A stretch of 64,000 bases of DNA, taken from an uncultured cyanobacterium. GTDB taxonomy: Bacteria > Cyanobacteriota > Cyanobacteriia > Cyanobacteriales > CAWCAG01. This document shows positions 1 through 10,290 of the stretch, one piece after another; position 1 is the stretch's first letter; each line of letters begins with the position of its first letter. The stretch spans positions 64,001 to 128,000 of the forward strand of contig CAWDOD010000011.1 of the NCBI GenBank assembly GCA_963803805.1, read 5' to 3'. Below the pieces are notes generated by a model that worked only from the letters and a program-made list of their open reading frames with translations, was not told where the DNA came from and ran no database searches. The translations under genes and the position numbers were made by a program.

Positions 1-110
1 CAAGTGAAATTATCCAGTTGGTACAAGATGTTAAGAAGGAAATGGCAAATGAAAGGGATTATTGTTCTGAGCAATTAATGGTTGAAGAGGAAATAGAAAC
101 TAATTTATGA
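1..110 (+). CDS. 3' end of a small protein (...SEIIQLVQDVKKEMANERDYCSEQLMVEEEIETNL*), probable antitoxin of the downstream PIN gene; truncated by the window edge
   Basis: Open frame from position 3 to TGA 108-110; the stop overlaps ATG 107-109 (ATGA coupling) in front of a PIN-domain gene. Confidence 0.55.
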   Translation, partial: SEIIQLVQDVKKEMANERDYCSEQLMVEEEIETNL

Positions 111-564
111 TGGACTTGCCCACTTGCATTTTTTGGATACTAATGTTTATATTATTGGTGCAATTGAGGCAGTAAGTTATGAACGTGAAATTCTTAACTG
201 GCTTGGTTGGGAAGGTAAAATATCAGAATCTGAATTGGTTGAGGTAGTAGTATCAGAGGAGGTGTTTGAGCAAATTTTGCGTGTAGCTAAACGTTTGCGA
301 AACAAAGATTGGGGTGGTGATTTGTTGAGTCGTCTTTGGACAAATTTTAATCTTTGCTATGTGATACTTGATGATCATGAGTATACCCAAATATTAAACA
401 CAGGCATAATACCACGTGAAGATATAGGAGTTTACTTAACGGCTCAAGGTGGAAATGCTCAATGTTTTGTCTCTTCTAATCATAAGTTAATTCGCGCTTT
501 AGTAACAGAAACAGGAGAGTTTGAGTGTTTGACACCAGAAGAATTTGTTAATCAATATTTTTAG
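107..564 (+). CDS. PIN-domain (VapC-like) ribonuclease toxin; natural start probably ATG 107/110 with a 1-nt loss in the T6 run 129-134
   Basis: FLDTNV N-terminal motif, SEEVFEQI, EDIGVYLTA, FVSSN typical of PIN folds; ORF-track start 124 is a TTG only 3 codons before the motif. Confidence 0.75.
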
Positions 565-755
565 ATAGAAAAGAGACTTTCTTTCCTTTGGTTGTATCGC
601 CGTTTGATGGTATTATTTTATAAGGGGAAATAGATGCTTCGTTTCAGAAAATTGCAAATATTCCCATTATCTAAAATAATTTTACACTGTCAAGGGAAAA
701 ATAAGGTAAAATTCGAGAAAAAAAACGTAAATTTTTGTAAAGTTTAGATGTGATA

Positions 756-882
756 TATAGCAATTCTATAACTTGTGAGGTGCGGCCTAGATTGTGGTTT
801 TTTGCTAATAGCTAGTTGCTAGTTGCTAGTTGAAAATATGGAAACAGACTAAATGTACCTCATGAGTCTGAGAAACGCTATA
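756..882. mobile_element. MITE-like small dispersed element with imperfect terminal inverted repeats and internal (GCTAGTT)n
   Basis: Left TATAGCAATTCTATAACTTGTGAGGTGC vs reverse complement of right end TATAGCGTTTCTCAGACTCATGAGGTAC (20/28 identical). Confidence 0.6.
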
Positions 883-1083
883 AAGTTCTTTTGCCCATAC
901 TGCTGGATATGGTTGATTAGACTTGCTTTAAAACATTTGCCCACCATTACCAAAGGTTCCCTTTAAATCGCAATTGTTAAAGTTCGTTTCGTTTGAGTAT
1001 TTATCTCCTCGAAGCAGAGAAATCCTTCTTGAGTGCAATCATTAAAATGCGACTCAACTTCAACTATAATCTTGATTTGACTT

Positions 1084-2484
1084 ATGAAATTTCCCTACCA
1101 ACTAACTCTTCCCGGTATTCTTGTCCTTTCTTTATCTACTGGGATTTTCGTTAACCAACCTTCAGTTGCTGCTGCAAAAGTAGAAATTGCTGAAACGATG
1201 ACAGCAGAAGATTTCCTCTCCGAAGGTATAGAATTATTTGAACAGGAACGTTATGAAGAAGCGATCGCATCCTTCGCCAAAGCTGTAGAGATTAAGCCTA
1301 ATTACTATCAAGCTTGGTATCTTCACGGTGTTGTCCTAGATATGTCAGGAAAGTTCTCAGAGGCATTAGTTTCCCTCGACAAAGCGATAGAGATTAAAGC
1401 TGACTTTCATTATGCTTGGCGTAGTCGCGGTATTGTTCTAAACAAGTTAGAAAGATACGAGGAAGCATTAGCTTCATATAGCAAAGCGATAGAAATTAAA
1501 CCAGACTACTATCAAGCTTGGTACAATCGCGGCAATGCCCTATATAAGTTAAAAGATTATCAGCAAGCAGTAGCATCCTTCGACAAAGCTTTAGAAATTA
1601 AACCAGACTACTATCAAGCTTGGGACAGTCGCGGCAATGCCCTATATAAGTTAAAAGATTATCAGCAAGCAGTAGCTTCTTATGACAAAGTTTTAGAAAT
1701 TACACCTGACGATCACGTAACTTGGTACAATCGCGCCATTGCCTTAGATAATTTAGAACAATATGAAGAGGCGATCGCCTCTTATGATAGAGCTTTAGAA
1801 ATTGTACCCAACAACTTTATTGCTTGGTATCGTCGTGGCATCTCCTTAGATATGGTGGGGAACCCTTCAGAAGCATTAGTTTCCCTTGACAAAGCTGTAG
1901 AAATTAAACCCGATTATCATTATGCTTGGTATAGTCGCGGTATTGTGCTAGAAAATTTAGAACAATATGAGGAGGCATTAGCTTCGTACAACAAAGCGAT
2001 AGAAATTAAACCTGACTATCATTATGTTTGGTACAATCGCGGTTTAATTTTATCTGACTTAGAAAAGTACTCTGAAGCAGTTGCTTCTTTTGGTCAAGCT
2101 GTAGAAATTAAACCTGACTATTATCAAGCTTGGTATCGTCGTGGTGTTTCTTTAGAAGAGTTAGAACAATACGAGGAGGCATTAGTATCATACAACAAAG
2201 CTGTAGAGATTAAACCTGACTATTATCAAGCTTGGAATAATCGCGGCATTGCTCTAGGGAAGTTAGGCAAATACTCTGAAGCATTAGCATCCTTTGAGAA
2301 AACTTTGGAAATTGAACCCAATAACTATATAGTTTGGTATAATCGCGGTCTTGCCTTGGAGAATTTAGAACAATACTCCGAAGCATTAGCATCTTATGAT
2401 AAAGCTTTAGAGATTCAGCCTGGTTATCAAGCAGCAATTAATAATCGCAGAATTCTCTTGGAACAACTAGAAAGTAGAAAATAG
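1084..2484 (+). CDS. Secreted/periplasmic tetratricopeptide repeat protein (~12 TPRs)
   Basis: Hydrophobic N-terminal signal ending AAA; 34-aa repeats AWxxRG..L..L..Y.EA..S..KA.EI.PD. Confidence 0.93.
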   Translation: MKFPYQLTLPGILVLSLSTGIFVNQPSVAAAKVEIAETMTAEDFLSEGIELFEQERYEEAIASFAKAVEIKPNYYQAWYLHGVVLDMSGKFSEALVSLDKAIEIKADFHYAWRSRGIVLNKLERYEEALASYSKAIEIKPDYYQAWYNRGNALYKLKDYQQAVASFDKALEIKPDYYQAWDSRGNALYKLKDYQQAVASYDKVLEITPDDHVTWYNRAIALDNLEQYEEAIASYDRALEIVPNNFIAWYRRGISLDMVGNPSEALVSLDKAVEIKPDYHYAWYSRGIVLENLEQYEEALASYNKAIEIKPDYHYVWYNRGLILSDLEKYSEAVASFGQAVEIKPDYYQAWYRRGVSLEELEQYEEALVSYNKAVEIKPDYYQAWNNRGIALGKLGKYSEALASFEKTLEIEPNNYIVWYNRGLALENLEQYSEALASYDKALEIQPGYQAAINNRRILLEQLESRK

Positions 2485-2533
2485 GGGGGGCGAAAAAGAA
2501 GATATTCGTTAATTTGAGTCTATCTCAAATATT

Positions 2534-2565
2534 TGCCCACCACTGCCTATTAATTTTGGTGGGCA
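2534..2565. repeat. REP-like palindrome / possible terminator downstream of the TPR gene
   Basis: TGCCCACCA (2534-2542) ... TGGTGGGCA (2557-2565). Confidence 0.5.
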
Positions 2566-2878
2566 GACATAGCCAAATCACGGTATTTTGTCAAATAAAC
2601 TTTTTGGGTGTGACATTAATTAATGGAGCGTAATGATATTTTTTTAGGTCTTTGCAGAAAAAATGAGTTTGATAATCACCTTAAATCAAGCTTTGAGAAG
2701 AGAAGCTTTGATCTTAGTTATAAAAACCCTAAAATAACATGAGGTAATAATAGCTCAAAAGGCGCAATTGTGTAAATAAGGGTCTTGACAAAAGCAAATT
2801 ATTTATCTTTGTAAAGTTTGTTTTTCCAATCAATACGGGCAATAAGGTACAACAAAACTAATATGAGGTGTAGGTGCG

Positions 2879-5800
2879 TTAATGTTCAAACAATCCCATC
2901 GAACAAATAATCTGAGGTTCTTGTTTTCTTCCTTCTTCATGAATAAGGCAAAGACGATCATCTAAATACAATGCAACTACCAACTCTGCTAACTGCTGAT
3001 CATCCACACCACTTTTTAAGGAACGATTCAGCCGATCAATCGCCGACTGCCTCAAAGGATATTGATAAATTTGGTTAATCGCCTTTAGCAAATCTTGAGT
3101 TGCAAACAACGTCCCCTTCACCTGGGTACTATAACGCTTCAACCTCTCGTAACTGCGGAACCTTGCCCCCGAAGGACGGCCCAATTGCCCTCCGGTACTA
3201 GCTTCTGTATCAATAATAAACTTACTCCCCTGGCTAACCAAATCATGATGTTGGGGATGATGGGGAAAAGCGGGGGTATCAGGATGACAAGCCGCTGCCC
3301 GGAGAATTGCAAACTGAGATTCGGTAACGCTTTCCCCTGCTTTGTTAATCCAAGCCAAAGCATCATTACCTTCAGCCGTTTTCATATAAAGTAAAACCCC
3401 TTCGGGGTGAGTTGGGGTAGGGTTATGGTGACGGGTAGCATAAACAACGTTGTTGAGATTTTCAATTATCTTTTTCAAAGCCGGGTTTGCATCAACGGCA
3501 TTTTTCCAAATTTGGTAAGCTTCTGAGGTTAAATCCACCTCCGTATCCTCCTCACCATCCAGAATCCCCGACTTTTCATGATAAAGATCCAACATAACTT
3601 GTTCATCTAGATCATCTTCAAAAAAAGCTTCATCAGTACCAACAACCTCAGCATTCTCCTTTAACCGTTGCCGCAAACGACTCCGCAAACGAATCACTTC
3701 TTCTACCCCTTCAGCCGGGAGGAAAGAGTAACAGAGGATTTTTGCTGCTGCTTGCCCAAAACGATCAACCCTTCCCGCCCTTTGAATTAAGCGGATTATC
3801 GCCCAAGGCAAGTCATAATTAACAACGATGGCGCAATCTTGAAGATTCAACCCCTCACTAAGGACATCTGTAGCGATTAAAATGCGTAACTGATCCTCTT
3901 CTGGTAGAGATTTACCATTACTTTGGGGACTAAACTGCCAGGCTGTCGCAGCGGGATTTGTAGAGTTTCCTGTCACCCCAGCAACCCTTTTAACACCGCG
4001 TTTTTGCATTTCCGTGGTAAGATAATTCACCGTATCAGCAAACTGACTAAAAATAAGCACTTTTTCTTGGGGATGGGTGGTGCAAAGTAAATCAATTAAA
4101 ACTTGTAGCTTCTCATCTTGATCAGCTTGCCAGTTACGGCAACTTGATAGCAACTTCAGCAAAGTCAAACAATCAGCCCGTAAATCTTTCTTTAAAGAAG
4201 CTTTGAATAACTGGGGGCGAATCCATTTAAAACGCTTCTGATAACGGGTAGCATATTCTTGATAAACCTGTGCCGCACGTTGTAAATATTCCTCTTCTGT
4301 TGCCGTTACAAAGGTTGCACTCAGATCACTAACCTCCTCATCCTCCCATTGAGAAAAGAGAGTGTCATCATCACTTTGCTGAGGATCGAGAAGACTAGCA
4401 TCTTGGGAACCGATGGGTAAAGGAAGCTGACGGGCGATTCCATACAGAAAAATATAGTTACGGAGAAGATGGCGATCAATCGACTGCAAAAAGGCAATAC
4501 CACTACTTTCTAAGCGTTTAAAAAGATTGGTACGACAAAAACCCATCAAACGTTTACCACCACGGGATAAATCTTTAATTTGCCCCAACTCTTCCCCCGT
4601 CATCCCCTTACCTTTAGCTGATTTTGGGGAAACTGCATAGTTACCTAAACCATAGCGGGGTAAATTCAACTCACCCAGGGTAGTAACCATCTCCTCAGAA
4701 TACAACCTACCATTCTTCGTTGAGTCGAAAGTCAAAGTTTGGGGTTTGCGTAAAGGAAAATAAGATTTAGAACCATCAGGATATTCTAAATACTTGCGCC
4801 CCGTAGCATCTTCTTTAGCATAGTTATTTTCAATAAAACTGCGAGTCCGTCGCACCATATAATGGCGCATTAATTCTCGCCAATCATCGGCATATTCACT
4901 CTTTTCAAAAGCAGCCAGGGAACGAACCGGGGCTTGATGTTTGCGACTAAATTCAATTTCTCCCCCCATCTCCTTCAATAATTTTTCTGGGCGAGTTCCC
5001 AAGTCTTGATCTTCACCAATAAACAGGCGTAATTGACTAGATAAATCCAAATAAGTCTTATTATAAGGAGTTGCAGTAAGTAAAATGCAACGGCTTTCAT
5101 TGAGGGCAATATATTCTGCGATCGCCCGATAACGTTTCCCCTGGCGATTCCGCAAATTATGACTCTCATCAATTAAAACAACCCGATAACGCCTTTCTTG
5201 AGGGAGTTCTGTTTGTACTCTACTCAAAGATAGTACTTTGCCACGAAGCTGATAATTATAAACATACTCTTGCCACATCGGTACTAAATTTTTTGGACAA
5301 ATAATCAGCGTCTCTAAAAAAAAGTCCTCTTCTAAAATTTTCGCCAAAGTCGCCGCAATGCGAGTCTTACCCAAACCCACCACATCCCCAACTAAAACCC
5401 CACCCCGACGATTAAGATGCCGGGCAGCAATTTTTACGGCTGCTTTTTGAAACTCAAATAACTCCCCGCTAACACTACGAGGAATACGATATTCCGCTAA
5501 ACCTGCCCTCGCTTCTGAAGATAAATGATAAGCAATCTTAAGATAAATATAATAAGGCGGAAGCAACTTTTCTCGCGCCCAACTCTCTTCTATAGCTGCA
5601 ATAATCTCCTCAGAAACATCAATACACCACCTATCCTCCCACCTCGCCTCAAACCACCTTTGTAGCTTTTGACAAGCATCATGATCAAGGATATCAACAT
5701 TCAATTCCCCCTGATTTTGCAAACCTGATAAAGTGAGATTGCTACTACCCAAAAAACCGATTGTCGGGTTATTGAGATCATCACGATGAATTAAATAAAG

Positions 5801-6223
5801 TTTGGCATGGAGAGGATAGCGGAGGAAAAACTTAACCCTAACCTTCTTTTCTTGAAGCTGCTTTTGCAGTTGCCGCAAAGCCTGTTCATCTTTATTTGTC
5901 GGTACACCCCAAGTTAACTGTTGACAAAAATCCTGGGCAATTTGTTTTTTCCACCGCAGTACCTGACGATTATCAAGCCCGCCATAATCATTCCCCAGTG
6001 CCAAACTACGATGTACCTCAGTTTCTGGTAATCTTTGCATACCAATGAGGAGGCGACAACAAGAATCTTTAGTCCCCGCAAAATGTTCAATTTTATCAGC
6101 AATTTTCTGCCAACCTCGAAGATTAAAATAACCAACGCAAAAGTCTGCCCCCTTTGATATATCAAGGGTAGGGCGTAAAATTGGGAGCAGATGTTGTTCA
6201 ATATTATCAAAAATGCGCGTCAT
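2879..6223 (-). CDS. Phospholipase-D-like (HKD) nuclease fused to SNF2/SF2 helicase; restriction/defence-type protein
   Basis: HAKLYL...GSSNLT (PLD nuclease), GDVVGLGKT (Walker A), LIDESHN (DExH), LTATP, KVLIFSQF, ATDVLSEGLNLQ, QRAGRVDR. Confidence 0.88.
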   Translation of the reverse strand: MTRIFDNIEQHLLPILRPTLDISKGADFCVGYFNLRGWQKIADKIEHFAGTKDSCCRLLIGMQRLPETEVHRSLALGNDYGGLDNRQVLRWKKQIAQDFCQQLTWGVPTNKDEQALRQLQKQLQEKKVRVKFFLRYPLHAKLYLIHRDDLNNPTIGFLGSSNLTLSGLQNQGELNVDILDHDACQKLQRWFEARWEDRWCIDVSEEIIAAIEESWAREKLLPPYYIYLKIAYHLSSEARAGLAEYRIPRSVSGELFEFQKAAVKIAARHLNRRGGVLVGDVVGLGKTRIAATLAKILEEDFFLETLIICPKNLVPMWQEYVYNYQLRGKVLSLSRVQTELPQERRYRVVLIDESHNLRNRQGKRYRAIAEYIALNESRCILLTATPYNKTYLDLSSQLRLFIGEDQDLGTRPEKLLKEMGGEIEFSRKHQAPVRSLAAFEKSEYADDWRELMRHYMVRRTRSFIENNYAKEDATGRKYLEYPDGSKSYFPLRKPQTLTFDSTKNGRLYSEEMVTTLGELNLPRYGLGNYAVSPKSAKGKGMTGEELGQIKDLSRGGKRLMGFCRTNLFKRLESSGIAFLQSIDRHLLRNYIFLYGIARQLPLPIGSQDASLLDPQQSDDDTLFSQWEDEEVSDLSATFVTATEEEYLQRAAQVYQEYATRYQKRFKWIRPQLFKASLKKDLRADCLTLLKLLSSCRNWQADQDEKLQVLIDLLCTTHPQEKVLIFSQFADTVNYLTTEMQKRGVKRVAGVTGNSTNPAATAWQFSPQSNGKSLPEEDQLRILIATDVLSEGLNLQDCAIVVNYDLPWAIIRLIQRAGRVDRFGQAAAKILCYSFLPAEGVEEVIRLRSRLRQRLKENAEVVGTDEAFFEDDLDEQVMLDLYHEKSGILDGEEDTEVDLTSEAYQIWKNAVDANPALKKIIENLNNVVYATRHHNPTPTHPEGVLLYMKTAEGNDALAWINKAGESVTESQFAILRAAACHPDTPAFPHHPQHHDLVSQGSKFIIDTEASTGGQLGRPSGARFRSYERLKRYSTQVKGTLFATQDLLKAINQIYQYPLRQSAIDRLNRSLKSGVDDQQLAELVVALYLDDRLCLIHEEGRKQEPQIICSMGLFEH

Positions 6224-6270
6224 GTTGAAAAAGAGAAAAAGTCTAAGGAGAGTCTTGAAAGATACTTCAA

Positions 6271-6306
6271 ATTGGGGACGTGATCTTTGTTAATCGCGTC
6301 CCCAAT
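6271..6306. terminator. Strong hairpin 48 nt upstream of the helicase start
   Basis: ATTGGGGACG...CGTCCCCAAT 10-bp perfect stem, extendable. Confidence 0.5.
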
Positions 6307-6402
6307 ATATAGCACTATGGAATTAAGTTAGAACTTCTCTAAATTTAAGATTATTTAACTTGCTTCTAAGTACAGACTGCGCTAGACAACTTAAACAGAT
6401 CA

Positions 6403-6684
6403 TCAAAGATATAGTTGAGCGATACCAGTGATATTGTCTGCACTGTATCCAGAGGCGATCGCATGGATAAAAGTTTGTTGAGTCGCTGCTGCTATGGGTA
6501 ACTTACCACCATTAGACATCTCCGATAATTAAAAATCAAATCAATTCTCATACCGAAATTATCAATTCTTGTTACCGTTCCCCGTTCCCTGTTCCCCGTT
6601 CCCTCTTTTCCGGAGATGTCTATTGGTTTGAGCCGTTTTCACTGCATAACTCAAATCTTTTTCTACCAATTCAATGGGAAACAT
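6403..6684 (-). pseudogene. C-terminal fragment of an NAD(P)-dependent beta-hydroxyacid dehydrogenase family gene, split by a MITE
   Basis: MFPIELVEKDLSYAVKTAQT|GGKLPIAAATQQTFIHAIASGYSADNITGIAQLYL* reads in one frame once the element is removed. Confidence 0.7.
6513..6622. mobile_element. MITE with perfect 12-bp inverted ends and internal CC(G/T)GTTC-type heptamers
   Basis: TAGACATCTCCG (6513-6524) / CGGAGATGTCTA (6611-6622); excision restores the interrupted frame. Confidence 0.8.
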
Positions 6685-6797
6685 ATGTTCCCCTCAAAGT
6701 TAGATTGTTTATCGATTTTCTTAAGCAGAATTTTTTAAAATAGCGATCGCCATACTTTTTAAAACTCAAGTTAAACCGTACTGGAGGCTTATCGCTT

Positions 6798-6899
6798 ATG
6801 AAATTAGCCCAACTCAAACAGGAAGTCTATGAATGCTGGGAAGACTTGAGTAACTTTCAAGACGCCCTCCTTCAGCCAGAAAACTTTAAGTCAGATTAG
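6798..6899 (+). pseudogene. 33-aa ORF (MKLAQLKQEVYECWEDLSNFQDALLQPENFKSD), probably the truncated start of a small hypothetical gene
   Basis: GGAGG RBS at 6783-6787, ATG 6798, TAG 6897-6899. Confidence 0.35.
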
Positions 6900-6950
6900 C
6901 AGCTTTTTCTTCTAGTAATTCAATAGCATCATTATCGAAAATGCGTGTCA

Positions 6951-7047
6951 TAAGCTGTCAGGCATTTAATTTACTTATTAGGTTTGATGGGGGGATAGGG
7001 CTTATTTCCTAGTTCAGTAATACACAGTTTAAATGCACATCAGCTTA
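6951..7047. mobile_element. Second MITE-like element
   Basis: TAAGCTGTCAGGCATTTAA vs reverse complement of right end TAAGCTGATGTGCATTTAA (15/19); a related half end recurs at 46438. Confidence 0.6.
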
Positions 7048-7201
7048 CTTTAAAAAGGGGAGCAGAGAGCAGCGCCAAGTAATAATTAATAAGTTTGACC
7101 TAGATACTATTTATTTATCAATTTATTTACTATTAAATTTAGGCTTAAGCTGTAGAAATAATTAGTTACTTCTTAATTTCAAATTATTCCTTTTTTCATT
7201 T

Positions 7202-7621
7202 TTAAGGCAAGGAATAACCTGTTTTTGTACTTACAAAATCAAGCAGTCTTTGATAATCATTAGGATCATTTTGCTTGCTAATAACAATAGGTGTAGCACT
7301 ATCAGGTAGCCAAAAAGTGATTTTATCTCGCTCAGAGTAACAAAAACTACTAATTTTACTCAAATCAATCACAAACTCATTGCGTTCATAAAAGAGCCTC
7401 AACCAAGCCCCACCAAAAGGAGAACCAAAAAGCTGATTTATATATTCAATTACTTGATTATAATCATCTGGGTGGGTATTTTTATTAATAATCACAGGTA
7501 TGGAACTATCAGGTAGCCAAAAAGTTATCCTGCCGTTAGGAGCGCAGACAAAAGAACTGATACGCTCTAGATCGACAACAAATTTTTTGCGCTCATAATC
7601 AACTTTGACCCAGTATGTCAT
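7202..7621 (-). CDS. Hypothetical protein built from two tandem ~65-aa repeats
   Basis: W...YER..FV.DL..ISSF......ITFWLPDS..P..I.K...P.DY occurs twice. Confidence 0.8.
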   Translation of the reverse strand: MTYWVKVDYERKKFVVDLERISSFVCAPNGRITFWLPDSSIPVIINKNTHPDDYNQVIEYINQLFGSPFGGAWLRLFYERNEFVIDLSKISSFCYSERDKITFWLPDSATPIVISKQNDPNDYQRLLDFVSTKTGYSLP

Positions 7622-7777
7622 ACAAAATCAGTGTTTAGTTGCATAGGTTGTTGGTGAGGGCGGGGAGTAGGAAGTCAAGGTAAAAAACTTTATTTCCTAA
7701 TTTCCTACATTTATGGAGCTTTATTTACCAGATTTTGTCTCATAAGAACCCCTAGTCAAAAAGTGAGTTTTTCCTAC

Positions 7778-9526
<1,749 letters not shown>

Positions 9527-9670
9527 CTACCCAGTTAATTGTGCCATAACTGGACAAAGCTGAAAGCCAAGAAGAGCAAAGTCAAAAAGTTCCAGGATTT
9601 TCAGGGGTTTAAATTTCATGTTTGACCATTGTTATTAAAAAAGATCAAAGCTCTCTTAGTTTAGCTTTCC

Positions 9671-10126
9671 TTATGGGGAGTCGTTACCTTGAGAATTACG
9701 ATAACCATAAAAATCAATACGATATTCAGATATGCTAACTCCAGTTTGTTTCTCAATCTGCTCTAACAAATCCTGGGGCAATTCTACATAAACATCAATA
9801 ATTTGCTGGGTATCTAAGCAATTAACGTGGCTATGAGCATCGCTGACGTTGCCATAAAGCCTACCATCACAACGCTCTAAACACTCAATAATTCCTTGGC
9901 TTGATAAAGCCTCCAAATTCTGATATACAGAAGTATGACCAACGTTTTTCCCTTGTTGGTTCAAGCGATCATATATTGCCCGTGCAGAAAGATGTTCTTG
10001 TTCTTGCCAAAGTAGCTCTAAAATATAGCGACGCTGGCGACTCAGGCGCATACCGAGATCCTGACACCTCTCAAAAGCATCTTCTAGGGATTTAATTTGT
10101 TGTAGTTGTGCGCCTTCAGCATTCAT
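9671..10126 (-). CDS. furC: Fur-family regulator, FurC/PerR type
   Basis: GMRLSRQRRYILELLW, HLSARAIY, GHTSVYQNLEAL, HSHVNCLDT resemble Anabaena FurC. Confidence 0.88.
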   Translation of the reverse strand: MNAEGAQLQQIKSLEDAFERCQDLGMRLSRQRRYILELLWQEQEHLSARAIYDRLNQQGKNVGHTSVYQNLEALSSQGIIECLERCDGRLYGNVSDAHSHVNCLDTQQIIDVYVELPQDLLEQIEKQTGVSISEYRIDFYGYRNSQGNDSP

Positions 10127-10290
10127 TGGCCAGGCTCCCGCCTCGATTTTTTATGTTTACAGATGTAGTTGTAGACAAGTATTCTAAACACCTTGACATT
10201 TTCTATTTTAGCCTGAATACTCAAAACTCGCCTTTCCCAAGGTTGAGGCAATTCTATTTGTCTAAATTTTGGCTTTGGCTTTAATTTATG

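Noticed and set aside
724-741. HLR1-like repeat (TTTACAAA-AA-TTTACGTT, minus strand)
   Set aside because: Imperfect, AT-rich context and far from a start codon
1084-2484. 102-nt periodicity considered as a CRISPR array or DGR
   Set aside because: The repeats are coding TPR units with no unique spacers; no reverse transcriptase in the window and differences are not adenine-specific
3095-6210. Short ORFs inside the helicase gene (and similar ones inside pyrG, trpB, RND, pyk)
   Set aside because: Alternative-frame or antisense ORFs without recognisable motifs
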